The notes under the pieces are model-generated. The model was given only the letters and a program-made list of their open reading frames with translations, did no database searches and was not told the origin of the DNA. A DNA stretch of 64,000 nucleotides, from positions 186,001-250,000 of the forward strand of contig OZ237739.1 of NCBI GenBank assembly GCA_965178125.1, given 5' to 3'. The DNA is from Bilabrum cf. latius. Its lineage: Eukaryota. The translations under genes were made by a program, and so were the position numbers. This document shows positions 27,259 to 39,325 of this stretch, piece by piece; the first letter of the stretch is position 1, and every line of letters starts with the position of its first letter.

Positions 27259-29712
27259 TTACTTCTACTCCAGCTGCTACTAACCCTGCTGCTTCAGGAG
27301 CGCCTCGGTCGCAAGCGCGATCAGGCCGGCGCTCGGCCTCTTGGCCCCTGCCTCCAGCAACACCCTCGCGCACTCCTCGTGCCCAAACAGCATGGCGGCC
27401 TCTAGCGGGGTCACTGCGCCGCATCGGGGGGTCTCGCCCTCCATCTCCAGCCCGCCTGCCAGCTTGCCCAGCCTCAGCCGCTTGCCCAGCTCCAGGGGCC
27501 TGCCATTGCTCGCTGCTCGGAACACCCTCCCCGCGTCCCTGTGCGCCTCATGCGCCCGCCTGAATGCAAGCAAATCGTGCTTCCTGACGGCCGCCCTCGC
27601 CGACTTCACCCCGCGCACCCTCCCAGCCAGCCTGCTCCCCACCAGGAACGGCGAACTGCCTGCCGACAGCACCGCATCCATGATCCCTTGCTTTGCCATG
27701 GTCCGCAAAGCGTCCAGGCCCAGCGTCACGCGGCCAGGGCGGGCCATGCCCCGTTGCTGCCAGTGCTGCAGTTCCTCTCGCGCCGTGTCAACGATCCAGT
27801 TGCTCAGGCTGCACATGAGTGCCTCAAACTCTAAACACCACCGGGGTATGCCGGGCTGATCGAGGGGGTCGTTGTTACTCGGCCAGAGGGGTATAGAGGG
27901 GTCTCGAGCAGCCTCGGTGATGGACTGCTGACGCGCTTCCAGTGTCTGGCGCGCCTTCAACGCCGCCCCTTGAAGCTCTCGGAGGGACGAAGGGGCTGCA
28001 GCTGGCAATGGCGCCGGCTTTGGCGCTTTATGGGCACCTGAGTCTCTTCGAGAGGCAGCGCGCACGGCGGCCGCAGCGGCCGCAGCGGCAGCAGCGGCAG
28101 CAGCGGCAGCAGCGGCGGGCCGGTTGTGCGATTCAGCAAAATGTCCGGCGGAAGCTGTGTGGGCTGCAGCAGCTGCAGCGGCAGCAGCGGCAGCAGCGGC
28201 GGGCCGGTTGTGCGATTCAGCAAAATGTCCGGCGGCAGCTGTGTGGGTGAGTGAAGCCCTAGTAAATGCAGCAGGCTTAGATGTAGATTTATACGCAGCG
28301 ACCACCGCTGAAACAGCGTCTGCACTTTTTTTGGTGTGCAACCGTGTCGGGGCGGGATCCACGACGTGGTCTAAAGCCGCCTGCTCGAAGAGCGTCAGTG
28401 TCTGCGCGAAAGCAGGCTCGCTTGCTTCGCTCGAAGTGTCCTCAGTACTCTGCTCTGCCTGCGATCGTGGCTCGTTGCCTGCACCTAGGGCCTGCATGAA
28501 ATCGAAATTTGCTGCGCGAATGTCCGCGGCGAGCGCGCTGCAGCGACACGTCAGTACCTCACTCTCGACCCTCGGGCCGCTGCAGCGACACTTCAGTACC
28601 TCACTCTCGACCCCGCTACCACCACTGATGGGGCCATCGATGCCGCTGGCAATCCGAAGTAATCGGATCCTGAGAGCCAACTTCTAAAGCGATGTGTCAG
28701 ACTTTGCGCGAAGCTTGGCGCTCTCGTCGTGGCTGCATTCTGCCCTCTCTACAAGCACAGCGTTTGGCTTGTAGCCGTCGGGACAGACCACCACGCTGCG
28801 CAGCATCGGGTGCCTGGCGAACGCAGACGCTGATTGCGATTTAAGGCGCTCGTACGGGTCCGGCTTGGGCTCCCTTTCTTCCTCCTCTGCGCGGTGCCCG
28901 TACATCGCATAGTAGTCGTCATCCACTGGTGGACTCTCTTCCTCATCCTCGTCCTCGTCCTCGTATAGATCCCGCGACCAAATGACCAGTTCCCGCAGAG
29001 ATACCATGCCTGCTGCCTAAAGCAAATGCGAAGTCTCGAGGGAAGGCTCTTCATAGGGCTACGAGATGGCCCCGATGTGAAGCACCCGAAGCGAGCAGTT
29101 CCTGCTCACCGACGCCATGAACTCCGTCAGACCCGAACAGGTCGAGAACATGCACGGCCCTCTAACAAGACTAGGTTCTAGCTGGAGTCCAAACGCGGGC
29201 AAACAGCTGCGGGTGTCGCTGGTGAACCGCAGATCCTCGATGGTGTCATTGCGAGCTAGGGCAGCTCCCAAACTGGCTCCGGTTTCTGTATGACGATCTA
29301 AAGCCTCGCATTCTTGTGTCAACACCACCTGCAAATGCTTCAGAGTACGACTCTTGAGAAGCAGGATCGCTAGGTCGGCCCAAATACCGAAGTTGCCCGA
29401 GGCAACGATCTGCAGGCTTTCTAGCTACGCCGCCATAGCCGCAAGCTTGAAGATGGATTGCAGCATGACATCCGGAAGGGCGACATCACATTTAAATTGC
29501 CGAAGTCTTTGGGTGGCAAACAGGATGGGCAGGAGGTTTGCAAGCAGTTCTTGCCCACAGGTGCCATACTTCGATGACAGTATTTGAATAGAAGTGATAG
29601 CTTTGCTAGACGCCAGCTTGTCAAGGATGCCTTGAATGTAAACATCGTTTTCCAGATGCTGGACATCTACTTCTAACCAATGCAAGCACTCGATCACGCG
29701 GGGAGAGCTCAT
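27259..29712 (-). CDS. N-terminal LRR-like + C-terminal ankyrin-repeat protein, ~817 aa
   Basis: Four ORF fragments in one frame joined by TAGs. LRR-like SRTLKHLQV, NDTIEDLRF and NCSLRVLHI. Ankyrin TPLEAAMLFGHEECARVLLEAGA. Tail KQQG-TAG-TAG-QLE-TAG-K-TAA. Confidence 0.8.
28070..28250. repeat. Internal tandem duplication encoding HTA(A/S)AGHFAESHNRP + poly-Ala twice
   Basis: gcgggccggttgtgcgattcagcaaaatgtccggcgg occurs twice about 81 bp apart. Confidence 0.85.
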
Positions 29713-29847
29713 CGAAAATAGTTGCCAGAACTGATGAGGCCAAGCTCCGGCACTACAGTGCAGTGCACTTTTACAAATAGCACACCGTGCCTCAACACCC
29801 CCACTGCACCGTTTCATTCGCTTCACATCGATGCAGATCGACGCATC

Positions 29848-32800
29848 TCATTCAGGTCCTGTCTAAGCACCGCCCACGAGCTGCACGCCGAAGAGTCTAG
29901 CTGCCACGGCGAGCGCGAAAGGCTCCACGCCAGCCACGCGACCACCGGCATACCCAAAAGCACCGGCACTTTCGGCTGCGTCAAGCCCTCTTGCCGACTC
30001 CCAGCGAATCCGGCCCGCAAGCAGCATGGCAAGCCCACGACCAGCATCAGCGGAACCACTGGCAGATTCGCTCCCAGGTGGCACGCCACCACGCAGCCCC
30101 ATACCCCGTGCTCCACCCCACACCAGACCCGTGCACCATCCCCCCCCTTCCTCCTCCTCCTACTCCCGGGCCAGCCTGAGTACTGCCTACACCAAGGCAG
30201 CACCGCCCGCCCCACCGTCCCGCAGCATCCGTCCAGGCAGCCGCATGGGTACACCCAGGGAACACAGCGCCCCCCACACCGAGGCACTCCCCGCGCGCAG
30301 CTCACGACACGCCCAGGCGAGGCACCCTGGAGCAGACCGCTCGGCCGCCCACGCGACCTCCTTGAGCCATCCACCGCCGTGGGATGCACCTGCACCACCG
30401 TGCAATGCATCCGCGCAGCGCTCGCACGCAAACAGCATCGTTTCCTGGAGCGCGGCGCGCCCCACGGACCGCTGGATGCCGGCCAGCAGCGCAAGTGAAC
30501 CAGCGCCGATTCCCATGCGCCCAGCAGCACCCGCACCGGCACCCTCGTCCACGCCCACCGACTCGCATGCGCGCAGGGTCGCCGCACCAGGGGTGCCGGG
30601 CACCGGCGCACCCCCAATAGAGGGGTCCGAAGGCAGCGGGTGGGCGTGGGGCCCGCTGCCCCTTCTGCGGACCGCACCCGGTCCTGCGATGCATAGTGTG
30701 ACGAGTGCGTCCAGCGCTATGCCAGGAGGTGCATCAGCTGCCCCATGCCCCTGAACGCCTGCGCTTGCAAAAGTGGGCGAATGGGGATGCGGCAGCCGAA
30801 ACCTGGATGGCCCAGCCGGTGGCGTGCGCCGCCCATCTTCCGATGTTGCCTACGATGCACCTGCAATGCTGCTGACCATGCTTCCCGCCGGAGAGGGCGG
30901 CTTCGGCTACGTATTCGGCAGCGCATGCTGCGCCGCACTGCCGCCCGTCAATCCGGGAGGCTGCATGGCGACGGGAGCGTCCACAAGAAGCGAGGACGGA
31001 GGCGCCCGAAGGCCGCGCACACCCACAGTCACGCTTGTTGTCACGCTGCGCTGCAGGTTCCTGCCGCCCTAGGACCCCTGACTCCCGCCTTGCCAGTGGC
31101 CTTGCGGGTGTCCAAGCGCCAGAAGAGAGGGTTCAACAGCGCCAGTGCCAGCACCGCCGCGGATCTGCAAGTCGGCGCCCTCCAGGCTGATTCCCCGGGT
31201 GGCCCTGGAATGGTGCGTGGGTGGCGGTTGATGCTGCTCCAAGCGAGGAGTGCCCAGAACGCTGTGCTCCGTGCTGTGCGTTCCCGCCGTGTCGCTGCGG
31301 TGCGCGACGGGCGCCGCCGGGCGTGCAGGCTGCGAGGCGGCCATCAGTTGGACCTGCGGCCGGGACGTGGCCACCACCGACCCGGGGGGTGGCATGGCCT
31401 CCAGCTCCTGATCAAGCTGTCTAATCGCGGATATTTCTGCCTTGAGTGCCGATTCGGCCTCGCGCATGGGCACCAGCACGAGCGGCGGTTCCCGCGCCGC
31501 GGCAGGAGTCGCTTGCTGCTGCCAAGCACCCGTCTGTTTGCTCTGCCCACCCGCCGCACCTGGTGCTGCGGCGTGCCCGTACAGCCGCAGCACGGCCGCG
31601 GTCGCCCTGCTGCTTCCCTCTTCTAGCTCCTCACACTCCTCCACCGAGGGCAGCTCGTCCGCGATGCAGTCCAGCATGGCGCGCACGTCTGCGCCTGCTG
31701 CCCTGAACGCGCCGTCCTGCAGCTGTTCTTCGCCAGTCCCACGCGCGGTTGCACCCCCTGCCGCACCGGACAAGGCACCGGCACCATGGTCCGTCGGCCG
31801 GGATACATCTAGTCTGGCGCACCTCTCGATCCGAACGTCCGACCTGTGTGCCGGCACGGAGACCTGCCACGCGTCGAGGATCTGGGAGCGCAGGGGCCCG
31901 CCTTTCGCCAGGTCCATCCGGGACTGCTGCCACGTGGTGGAGCGGAACATGTCTTCGGCGCCGCGCTGCTTGGAGTCCGACACGCACCTCAGGGGAAAGG
32001 GGCTGAGGTGGAAGTCTGCCTCTCGGTTCAGAGAGTCCTCCGGACCGGGGGCTGGGAGCACCCGGGGCGGCCGGCACGCGCGGCATGCGGAGCTTCGTCT
32101 CGATTCTGCGATCATGGACTCCAGCGGTGGCAGCAGCATGCCCTCGGCACCCTACCGCACGGCGTGCGCGGCCGCTCTCGTCCTCCACTGGTCGCACGCC
32201 CTCTCCCATTTGGTGATTTCGTCCCAAGGGTTTCGATCCGGCGGCCACGCGCGCACGGGCCAGTGCATGGGGTCGCACCGGTGAGAGGTGACTCCTCGGA
32301 ACGCAATGTTGATCGCCATCCTCATGTCGTCCAAGTTCGCCGCCTAGATCGCCTTGAACGCCTCATTTTCGATCGGCGCCTTGTGCAGGCCTTCCAGCTC
32401 CCGGTGCTTCCGCTTCACCCTGCCGGCCTTCACGCCATTCGCATGCGTGCTGATCAGCATGAAGTCCATAGTGAACGCCGATCTGGATCTCTCGATATTG
32501 CTGGGATCCGTGGGCCAATACTTGCGCGTGGAGGACTGCCGCAGCGCATAGGCACCCGGCAGCTTGGGCTCGAGTGTGGGGTGCACACCTACTCCCTACA
32601 TGGCTGCCACACGCCTTCTCACCTCGTCACTGTGCTGCAGCAGACGGTCGCTGACAAAGGGGCGAGGGGACTGGTGCTGGAGCGCAGCTGCCGTGTCCTC
32701 GATGGCCCGATCCAAGGAATCGTCGCCCCTTTGCCTCCTGGCGAACGCCCGCCTGTGATACCCTTGCAGACACAGGGGCACCTGGCCGCGGATCTCCAGT

Positions 32801-34447
32801 CCCAGCGGAGGCTTCTCCGCCGCTTGTGCAAAGGCGCGCTCGATCGAGGCTCCCAGGGATCTGGCGTGTTCCAGCAAGGCCTTGTTGTGATCCTCCGTCG
32901 GCCAGTCGCCCAGCAGTGCCACATAGCCCCCTGTTGGGCGCAGTCGATCCCGCAGCAGGCCGCCTGATCCCACTGCTGCGGCGCCCTGCACTGCGGGGGT
33001 CGCGCCTGCAGAGCTCCCCCACTCCACATTGTCTGCGCCCAAGCTACCAGCAATACTTCCTGACGCGCGGTCCCCTGCCTTGTTCCCTGGGTCACGCGGA
33101 TCCCCGAACACTGGCTCGAGAGAGAGCTGTCCGTCCACTGCGGATCGCCGCCACGCGAGCCTCACGTGCAGCACCTCGGACCCGCGATCGCTCACACCAG
33201 CAGGACCACCAAGCACCGGCCCGAGCGAAGTCGGAGCGGCTCGGACGGGATCAGCCGCAGCTGCCGCCGCCTCGCACTGTTCCCTGGTGGGCCAGCACCA
33301 GCTTGCGGCCGCGACGGAGTTCACCGCGTCGGCCCAGCGCTCCTGCATTGTCTTACCATTACTCTGTTTCCCTTCGCTGATTCTGCCCGCATCGGCTGGT
33401 GCGTCCTCACTTGCTGTTGCTGCCACCATTCCCACCCCTGCCCCCACCCCTGACCCTGACCCTGCCTGCTCTCCATCGGTGCCACTGGTGGGCGCAAGCC
33501 CGCCCCAGCCGTCCCCGGTCTCGTCTATGCCGGTGGCTGGATCACTTGTTGATGGGGTACATGTGGTGCCCCAGTAGTCGTCATCACCGGCACCCTGCTC
33601 CGATGCGCCCCAGGGCGACGGCCAGCTGTCGCCCCCGCCTGCACCAGTGGCAGCAGGAGCTGCTGAGATTCTCGCTCGCCAGTGCGACTCGGCGCTTCTG
33701 ACGGCCTACGGTGGAAACACAGCGTCAAGCGGTACCGCGGTTATTTCTGCAGCCTTTTCTGTGACTCGGCGCGCGGCAACAATCGGTGGCGGCAGCTCGA
33801 TGCGCAGCGGACACCTGCCATCGGAGACCCTCCACGACAAAATCAAGCCGTCTGCGTACTCCAGGGTAGAGAACCGGACTAGCCACGATCCGCTCTCCAG
33901 AGTTTGAGACAGAATCAACTCCGAGGCTGGCCGGTACTGCCGCCCCTGAAAGCCGGCAAATGCGCTTTCCAGGCAGAGCATGCGCCACGCCGCGGCGGCC
34001 ACCACCCATCCAGCGTCTGGTGGCCCACCACCGCGACTAGCGGGAGAATCTCCCACTGGCAGCTGGATCATCAGTCCTAAGCATTGTATGGCATCAATTA
34101 ATGACGAAAGATGCACGAGGCCTGTCTCGCGTTCCTCGTGGCTCACTGAACCCTCTTCACCCATCGCGCCGACTGCAATCTTCCAAGCGCTGACCCCTCG
34201 GCGCACCTGCGCTGACGGCCAAGCAGGTAAATGCTTGCGAATGCATGCCTCTATTTGACGACTCAAGCTCTGCCATGTGCGGCACTGCAGCTGCCGGGTA
34301 CGCGACCTGCGAGGCGTGGAATCCGTCAGATTTCAGCACTCCGGTGAGGCTTTCACAACTGAAGAGGGCCTGCGCCGATGAAGTCAAGGCTTACTAATGG
34401 GTTGTTAAGGTCGGTGTGCACCACCAATGCAAGATTTGCGGTAGCAT
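29848..34447 (-). CDS. ~1500-aa protein with two SH2-like modules; paralogue B of 21598-26833; intron 34307-34394; start may be 34447 or 34516
   Basis: One frame with only TAG interruptions. GFQGRQYRPASELILSQ...GSWLVRFST...GLILSWRV and SDEVRRRV...PGAYALRQSST, with several blocks collinear with paralogue A. Ends TGA. Confidence 0.7.
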
Positions 34448-34726
34448 CGTTGGAAACACGCTGCTAGAAAAGCTGGTTATGAAAGGTGGCCATGTGCAGC
34501 GCATTGCATTATCCATAGACACTGTGGCATAGACAAGTCTAGACGCTAGTGTTTTTAAGCAAGATAGCAATTGCAAGTCGAACCATACGACCCGCAAGTG
34601 TGCTGCGGCAGCCTCACAACACATCGTGCGCGCTCGTCCACTCCCCCCATTCCACAGCAGGAGACGGGCGCGCATTCAAGAAGCCGCTCGACGCTGGACC
34701 CGGCTGGCCCTTCACCACTGGGACCC

Positions 34727-37700
34727 TCACTGCGCGGTGGCCGCCAGCACCACCGCAAATGCGATGAGAGCTGCCGCTAGCGCAGAAGCTCCCTGCACGG
34801 CGGGAGAAGCCCCATCATCGTCAAAGAGACCCCCTGCAGGGTCATCCACCGAGCCCGCCGCATCGTCAGCCCCCCCGCCACCGCCCTCCGAGTCGTCACC
34901 CTCGTCCGCCTCACCCCCATCGTCATCCCTGGGCCCGGTATCGTCCTATTGCGGAAGATTTGCATCATCAGCGCTCAGGTCATCGTCTCCGTCATCGTCC
35001 GCGAAGACTGGCGGGAAGCTGCCCGTGGTGCTGGCCGTGGCGCCCGCAGGCCTCGAGGGATCTGCCAGCGCGGTCCTGGAGTTCTCGATCAAAAAGCTCT
35101 CCGCAAACTCCATGTCGAGGGCGCCGTCCTGGGCCAGCTCGTTCACGTGGGTCGCGGCGGCAGACGTCGCGGCGTCCGACTCTAGCCTCAGGCTCACCGT
35201 GAACGTGATGGTGGAGGCAGCCGCACTGCCCGACTGAAGCGAACGGCGGCGGCTGCTTTCAATCCCGCTGCCTGAGCTGCTACCGCCGGCCGCGCCACTA
35301 CTGCTGCTACTGCTGCTGCTTGCTTCCTCTGCCTCGGGGGCGATGCTTATACCAGTGACTGTGCACTGGTCCATGCGCGCACCCACCTGCCTGGTCACGT
35401 CCTCGCATACCCTGGTCTCCAGCATGGCGCGCACCTCGGGGTTCTGCACGAAGCTGGCGTTCATGTTGGTGAACCGGATCTGCACGTCCTGTGCGGCACT
35501 GGCCCTGCAAGTGGCCGGAAAATCCGAACTCTGCAGCCCTGTGCACGCGTTCAGGAGACGTTCCCTGACGCTATCGGGCGAGGGCTCGAAGTCGTTGTCG
35601 GCGGCGCGGGTGCCCATCACGGTGGCCTGATACAAAGCGCCGTCGGCGCAGCAGCCGGCGGCCTGCACGGCTGCCTTGATTGCCATGGAGCAGTTGGTGG
35701 AGCAGGTGGCGAGCGTGTTGAAGTCGAACAGGTTGGTGGGTCTGCCCTTTGACCCCCCCGCCGGTGCTGTCTAGCATGCCTTCATCATGGCCCGGGCCTG
35801 GACATCCATGGTTCCGATGCAGTAAGAAGAAGAGCTGCCCTGCTGCTGCCCGCACCCGTAGCTCAGCTGCAGCAACTCCTGACCGCTGGCTCCGACCTGA
35901 TCCCTCCCAAAACTCAGGACCGCCCTGCCACACTGGCTGCAGATCTATCCCATCTCCGCGTCCGTGGGCACGTCATGGGTCTCGTCGTCGTCCGTGGTAT
36001 CGTCATCGTCCGTGGTGTCGTCATCGTCCGTTGTGTCATCATCGTCCGTTGTGTCATCATCATCGCTCTCATCGGTGAAAAAACCGGCCTCAGCCAGCTC
36101 GGGGAGGCAGTACTCGCCTCCCGCCCTGAGGCAGACGAGGTCGATCGACTACTACAACTGGCTGAAGAAAAACAGCGGCCCGACCCCGTCATCACCATCA
36201 TCATCATCATCGAAGAAGCTCGTATCGTCATCGAGTCCAACATAGTCGTCGTGACTGTGGGAACCGTTGCCGTGCGTGTGGGTGTCGTCGTCATCCAGAA
36301 TGGTGTCGTCGGTCCCGTTGCCGTGCGTGTGGGTGTCGTCGTCATCCAGAATGGTGTCGTCGGTCCCGTTGCCGTGCGTGTGGGTGTCGTCGTCATCCAG
36401 AATGGTGTCGTCGGTCCCGTTGCCGTGCATGTGGGTGTCGTCGTCAATGGTGTCGTCGGTCCCGTTGCCGTGCATGTGGGTGTCGTCGTCATCCAGAATG
36501 GTGTCGTCGGTCCCGTTGCCGTGCATGTGGGTGTCGTCGTCATCCAGAATGGTGTCGTCGGTCGTATCGTCCGTGGTATCGTCGGTCGTATCGTCGGTAT
36601 CGTCGTCCGTGGTATCGTCGGTCGTATCATCACCGTCGTCTTGGAAGGAGTCAAGAACGGCAGTGACCAGCTCGAACTAGCGGACGAGGCTGCGCCCGAT
36701 CTTGCGGCCGCAAGAATCCCTGCCCCCGTCGCAAAGGGTGCCGATGTCTGTGGTGAGCTGCTGCTGGTCGATATCGCCCCCATCTCCGCCGATCTGATCA
36801 AACACGTTGCTCATGCCGTCCATGCAGAACTGCCCGTTGGGAGCCTTGAGGCACACGCTGCGAGGGGGCATGCCAGTGGGTTGGGCAGGGGCGGTGATGC
36901 TGGACGTGGGGCAGGGGCAGTGGGCATCCAGTGCCTAGATCTATCGAAGTCGGGGTAGGCCATGCAATCGTGCGATTGAAAATTGACCGCCACGCACACA
37001 GCACCCTACACACCAACCAACATACGAAAGAACCCCAAGCTGCAGCCATGGGCAGCAGCCGAGGACGCACCCCCAGGCCCGCCGCGTCCTCCCCACCAGG
37101 CAGGGAGCAGCACAGCTGGGGTAGCAGGCGAGGAGATGCCCCCAAGGGCCTAAAAGCCAATCATGCGCGACAAATGCAACAAGGCCAATCCAAACATCCA
37201 AGCAATAACTGTTAAACTCACAGGTCGAATTGCAGCATCTGCAGCACCACCTGCGGACACAGCCCCTGGCTGGCCATCTCGGTCGTGATGCTGCTTTGCG
37301 CAGCGAGCAGTTTCTGCGCACAAGTACTGGTGCACGCGGTCTGCGGGTCAAAATCGTCGTCGTCTGCGTCATCGCTGTCGTCTGTGTCATCGGATCCGTC
37401 GTCTGTGCCATTTCCCTGCATGAGCTGGCGCCTGGCTGCCAGCGGTCCCACGGGCTAATCGTCCGTGTCCGTGTCCTGGTGAGGCCGCCCATCGTCATCA
37501 ATTATGGGCAGCTGCGTGTCGTCAGACCCATCATCATCGTTAAAATGCTCGTCGCAAGAGTCTCCGATGTCGTTTATGATGCTGCAGCACATGGTATTGG
37601 GCTCGTTGGCGCAGATCTGCAAGGGGTCCTCCAGGACCCGAGCCTTGGGCAGGGTTCCGCCAACAAGGTGGGGTCCGTATCCCAATTGGCGATCAATCTG

Positions 37701-38237
37701 CGCAAAATCGATAGAATGGCACTTGATTACAACAAAGTCGGTCGATACTGGGCACTCTACCTTGATCACGAGACAGTGAGGCGTGGAAACTCTTCTGAGG
37801 CGTTGGGTCACAGGTTTCGCCAGCTACACGTGGGCTACACAGGCTCAAGCCCTGACAACCATGGATGTATTTACTGACACATACAGTAATGTACAGCTGC
37901 TCTGGAACTGAACTGACAGACCAGCGAATCACTAGCAAAAGACCATCGAGACTTGTCCGTCAGCGAGAACAGGTGCAAGGTGTCGAGCAAGGGCCTTGCA
38001 AGGCAATCGATTGCAAACTAGACAAAGAAAAAGTTGCAGTAGATTGTGCTACATGCTAGGTCTGCTGGCTATTCCAATCTCCAACCAGCCCAAAGCTGCT
38101 AAACGTGCCCTCACCAAAGCCAGCGCGCGCTGCAAGGGAGAGCCGGTGCTCCCATGAGACAGTCCTTTCGGAGAATCAGCTGACAGTGCTGTTGAAACAG
38201 TAACTATTACTGATAGTGTTGGAATTAAACTTCGCAT
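34727..38237 (-). CDS. Secreted, probably GPI-anchored Cys-rich surface protein with Asp/His/Thr-rich repeats; several 5' introns unresolved
   Basis: Signal-peptide-like MRSLIPTLSVIVTVSTALS. One frame from ~36940 to TGA 34727 with TAGs. Cys motifs (CSTNC...AGCC) and a hydrophobic terminus ASALAAALIAFAVVLAATAQ*. Confidence 0.65.
36253..36560. repeat. 51-bp coding tandem repeat (~6 copies, one 45 bp) encoding H(T/M)HGNGTDDTILDDDDT on the minus strand
   Basis: ccgttgccgtgc[g/a]tgtgggtgtcgtcgtcatccagaatggtgtcgtcggtc repeated. Confidence 0.95.
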
Positions 38238-39325
38238 CACTTGCCTCTAGACTATCCTTTTTGTCCTCCAATAGCTTGTGTTTTAGTGCCGATAAACCAG
38301 ATTCACACTTGCTGCACCGGAAATATCACGCCACAATGCTGCCACGTGCGGGAGGAATTATTCTGGTATTCTGGTATTCTGGGAGGATGAGAATACTGAA
38401 TACCTACAGGACGAATCACCATGCAGCAAGGTCGTTTAGGCAGCCAACCATTCGCCTGTACAAGGCAGCACGAGGAGCTCGCGAAACTCCCTTGCCAGTG
38501 GCTGCAACCACGCGATGCGACCTATGAGCCGCATGTCCTGGTCGCATCACTCCAGTCTAGAATGAGGCAGAGCAGCCAGAACCACAGCCAACCTCAAGAT
38601 TGCAACGGACCAGCCAACCACGCATGCTGAGCAGTGCGGCTCACCCCTTGCGTGTTCGACCAGCCTCACACCTCTGCAGTGCCTGCGACTCGTCAGTGCA
38701 CTGCACCCCGGTGTTAGGTCAGTGGACAAAACATTGCCAACACACCCCGGCGCTGCTCGCCCGCAGATGATGCCTTCGTTTGCCAGCGACTTGCAAATCA
38801 TGATGCTTCCTGCTTTAAAATGAGCGTGCGAGCTCCTATTCATAGTTCTCAGCTCCGGCTGGGCCGCGTGGCATGGTCCGCACGGCTGCGGTCTGCTGCT
38901 CCACCGTGATTGCAACAGCGGGTGCGACCACTGGCCCACCAGTGGTCGCGCAAGTTTGACGCCCACAACCACCGCCACCATCGCTTGTGGCTCGACGAGT
39001 CCACACTTCCCCGCCGATTGATTCCGGCTGTTCGGCTCGAGGACAGAGCGGTCTGCCGCCCAAGCACACGGCCCATGGTGCTTTCCCCGTCCGCTGAACA
39101 CACCAGTGCAGCTGCCTGTGGCAGTGGTGTCAAACCGCCTGTCGCGCTGGTTCTACCTGCAAGTTCTTACCAGTTGCGCTTGTATCATCTGCGGTGCTGC
39201 CACAAGCCCTAGACCACGGTGGTCCTTACCTCGAGTAATGCATATTTTCTGTCAAGTGCTCGTTACAATATCCGATCATCAACTGGTGAAATAGGTTTCT
39301 CAGGGCATTTCTTACCATTTATCAC

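Noticed and set aside
36253-36560. 51-bp repeat as CRISPR, or the plus-strand Val-rich ORF 35975-36958 as the gene
   Set aside because: The units are contiguous with no spacers. The minus frame is continuous with Cys-rich flanks and a GPI-like end, and the Val-rich ORF is its antisense shadow.
38240-39325. ORFs 38547-39101 and 38836-39069 as genes
   Set aside because: No motif, no convincing start or splice model, and TAG read-through quickly meets TAA in the frame I traced. Left unannotated.
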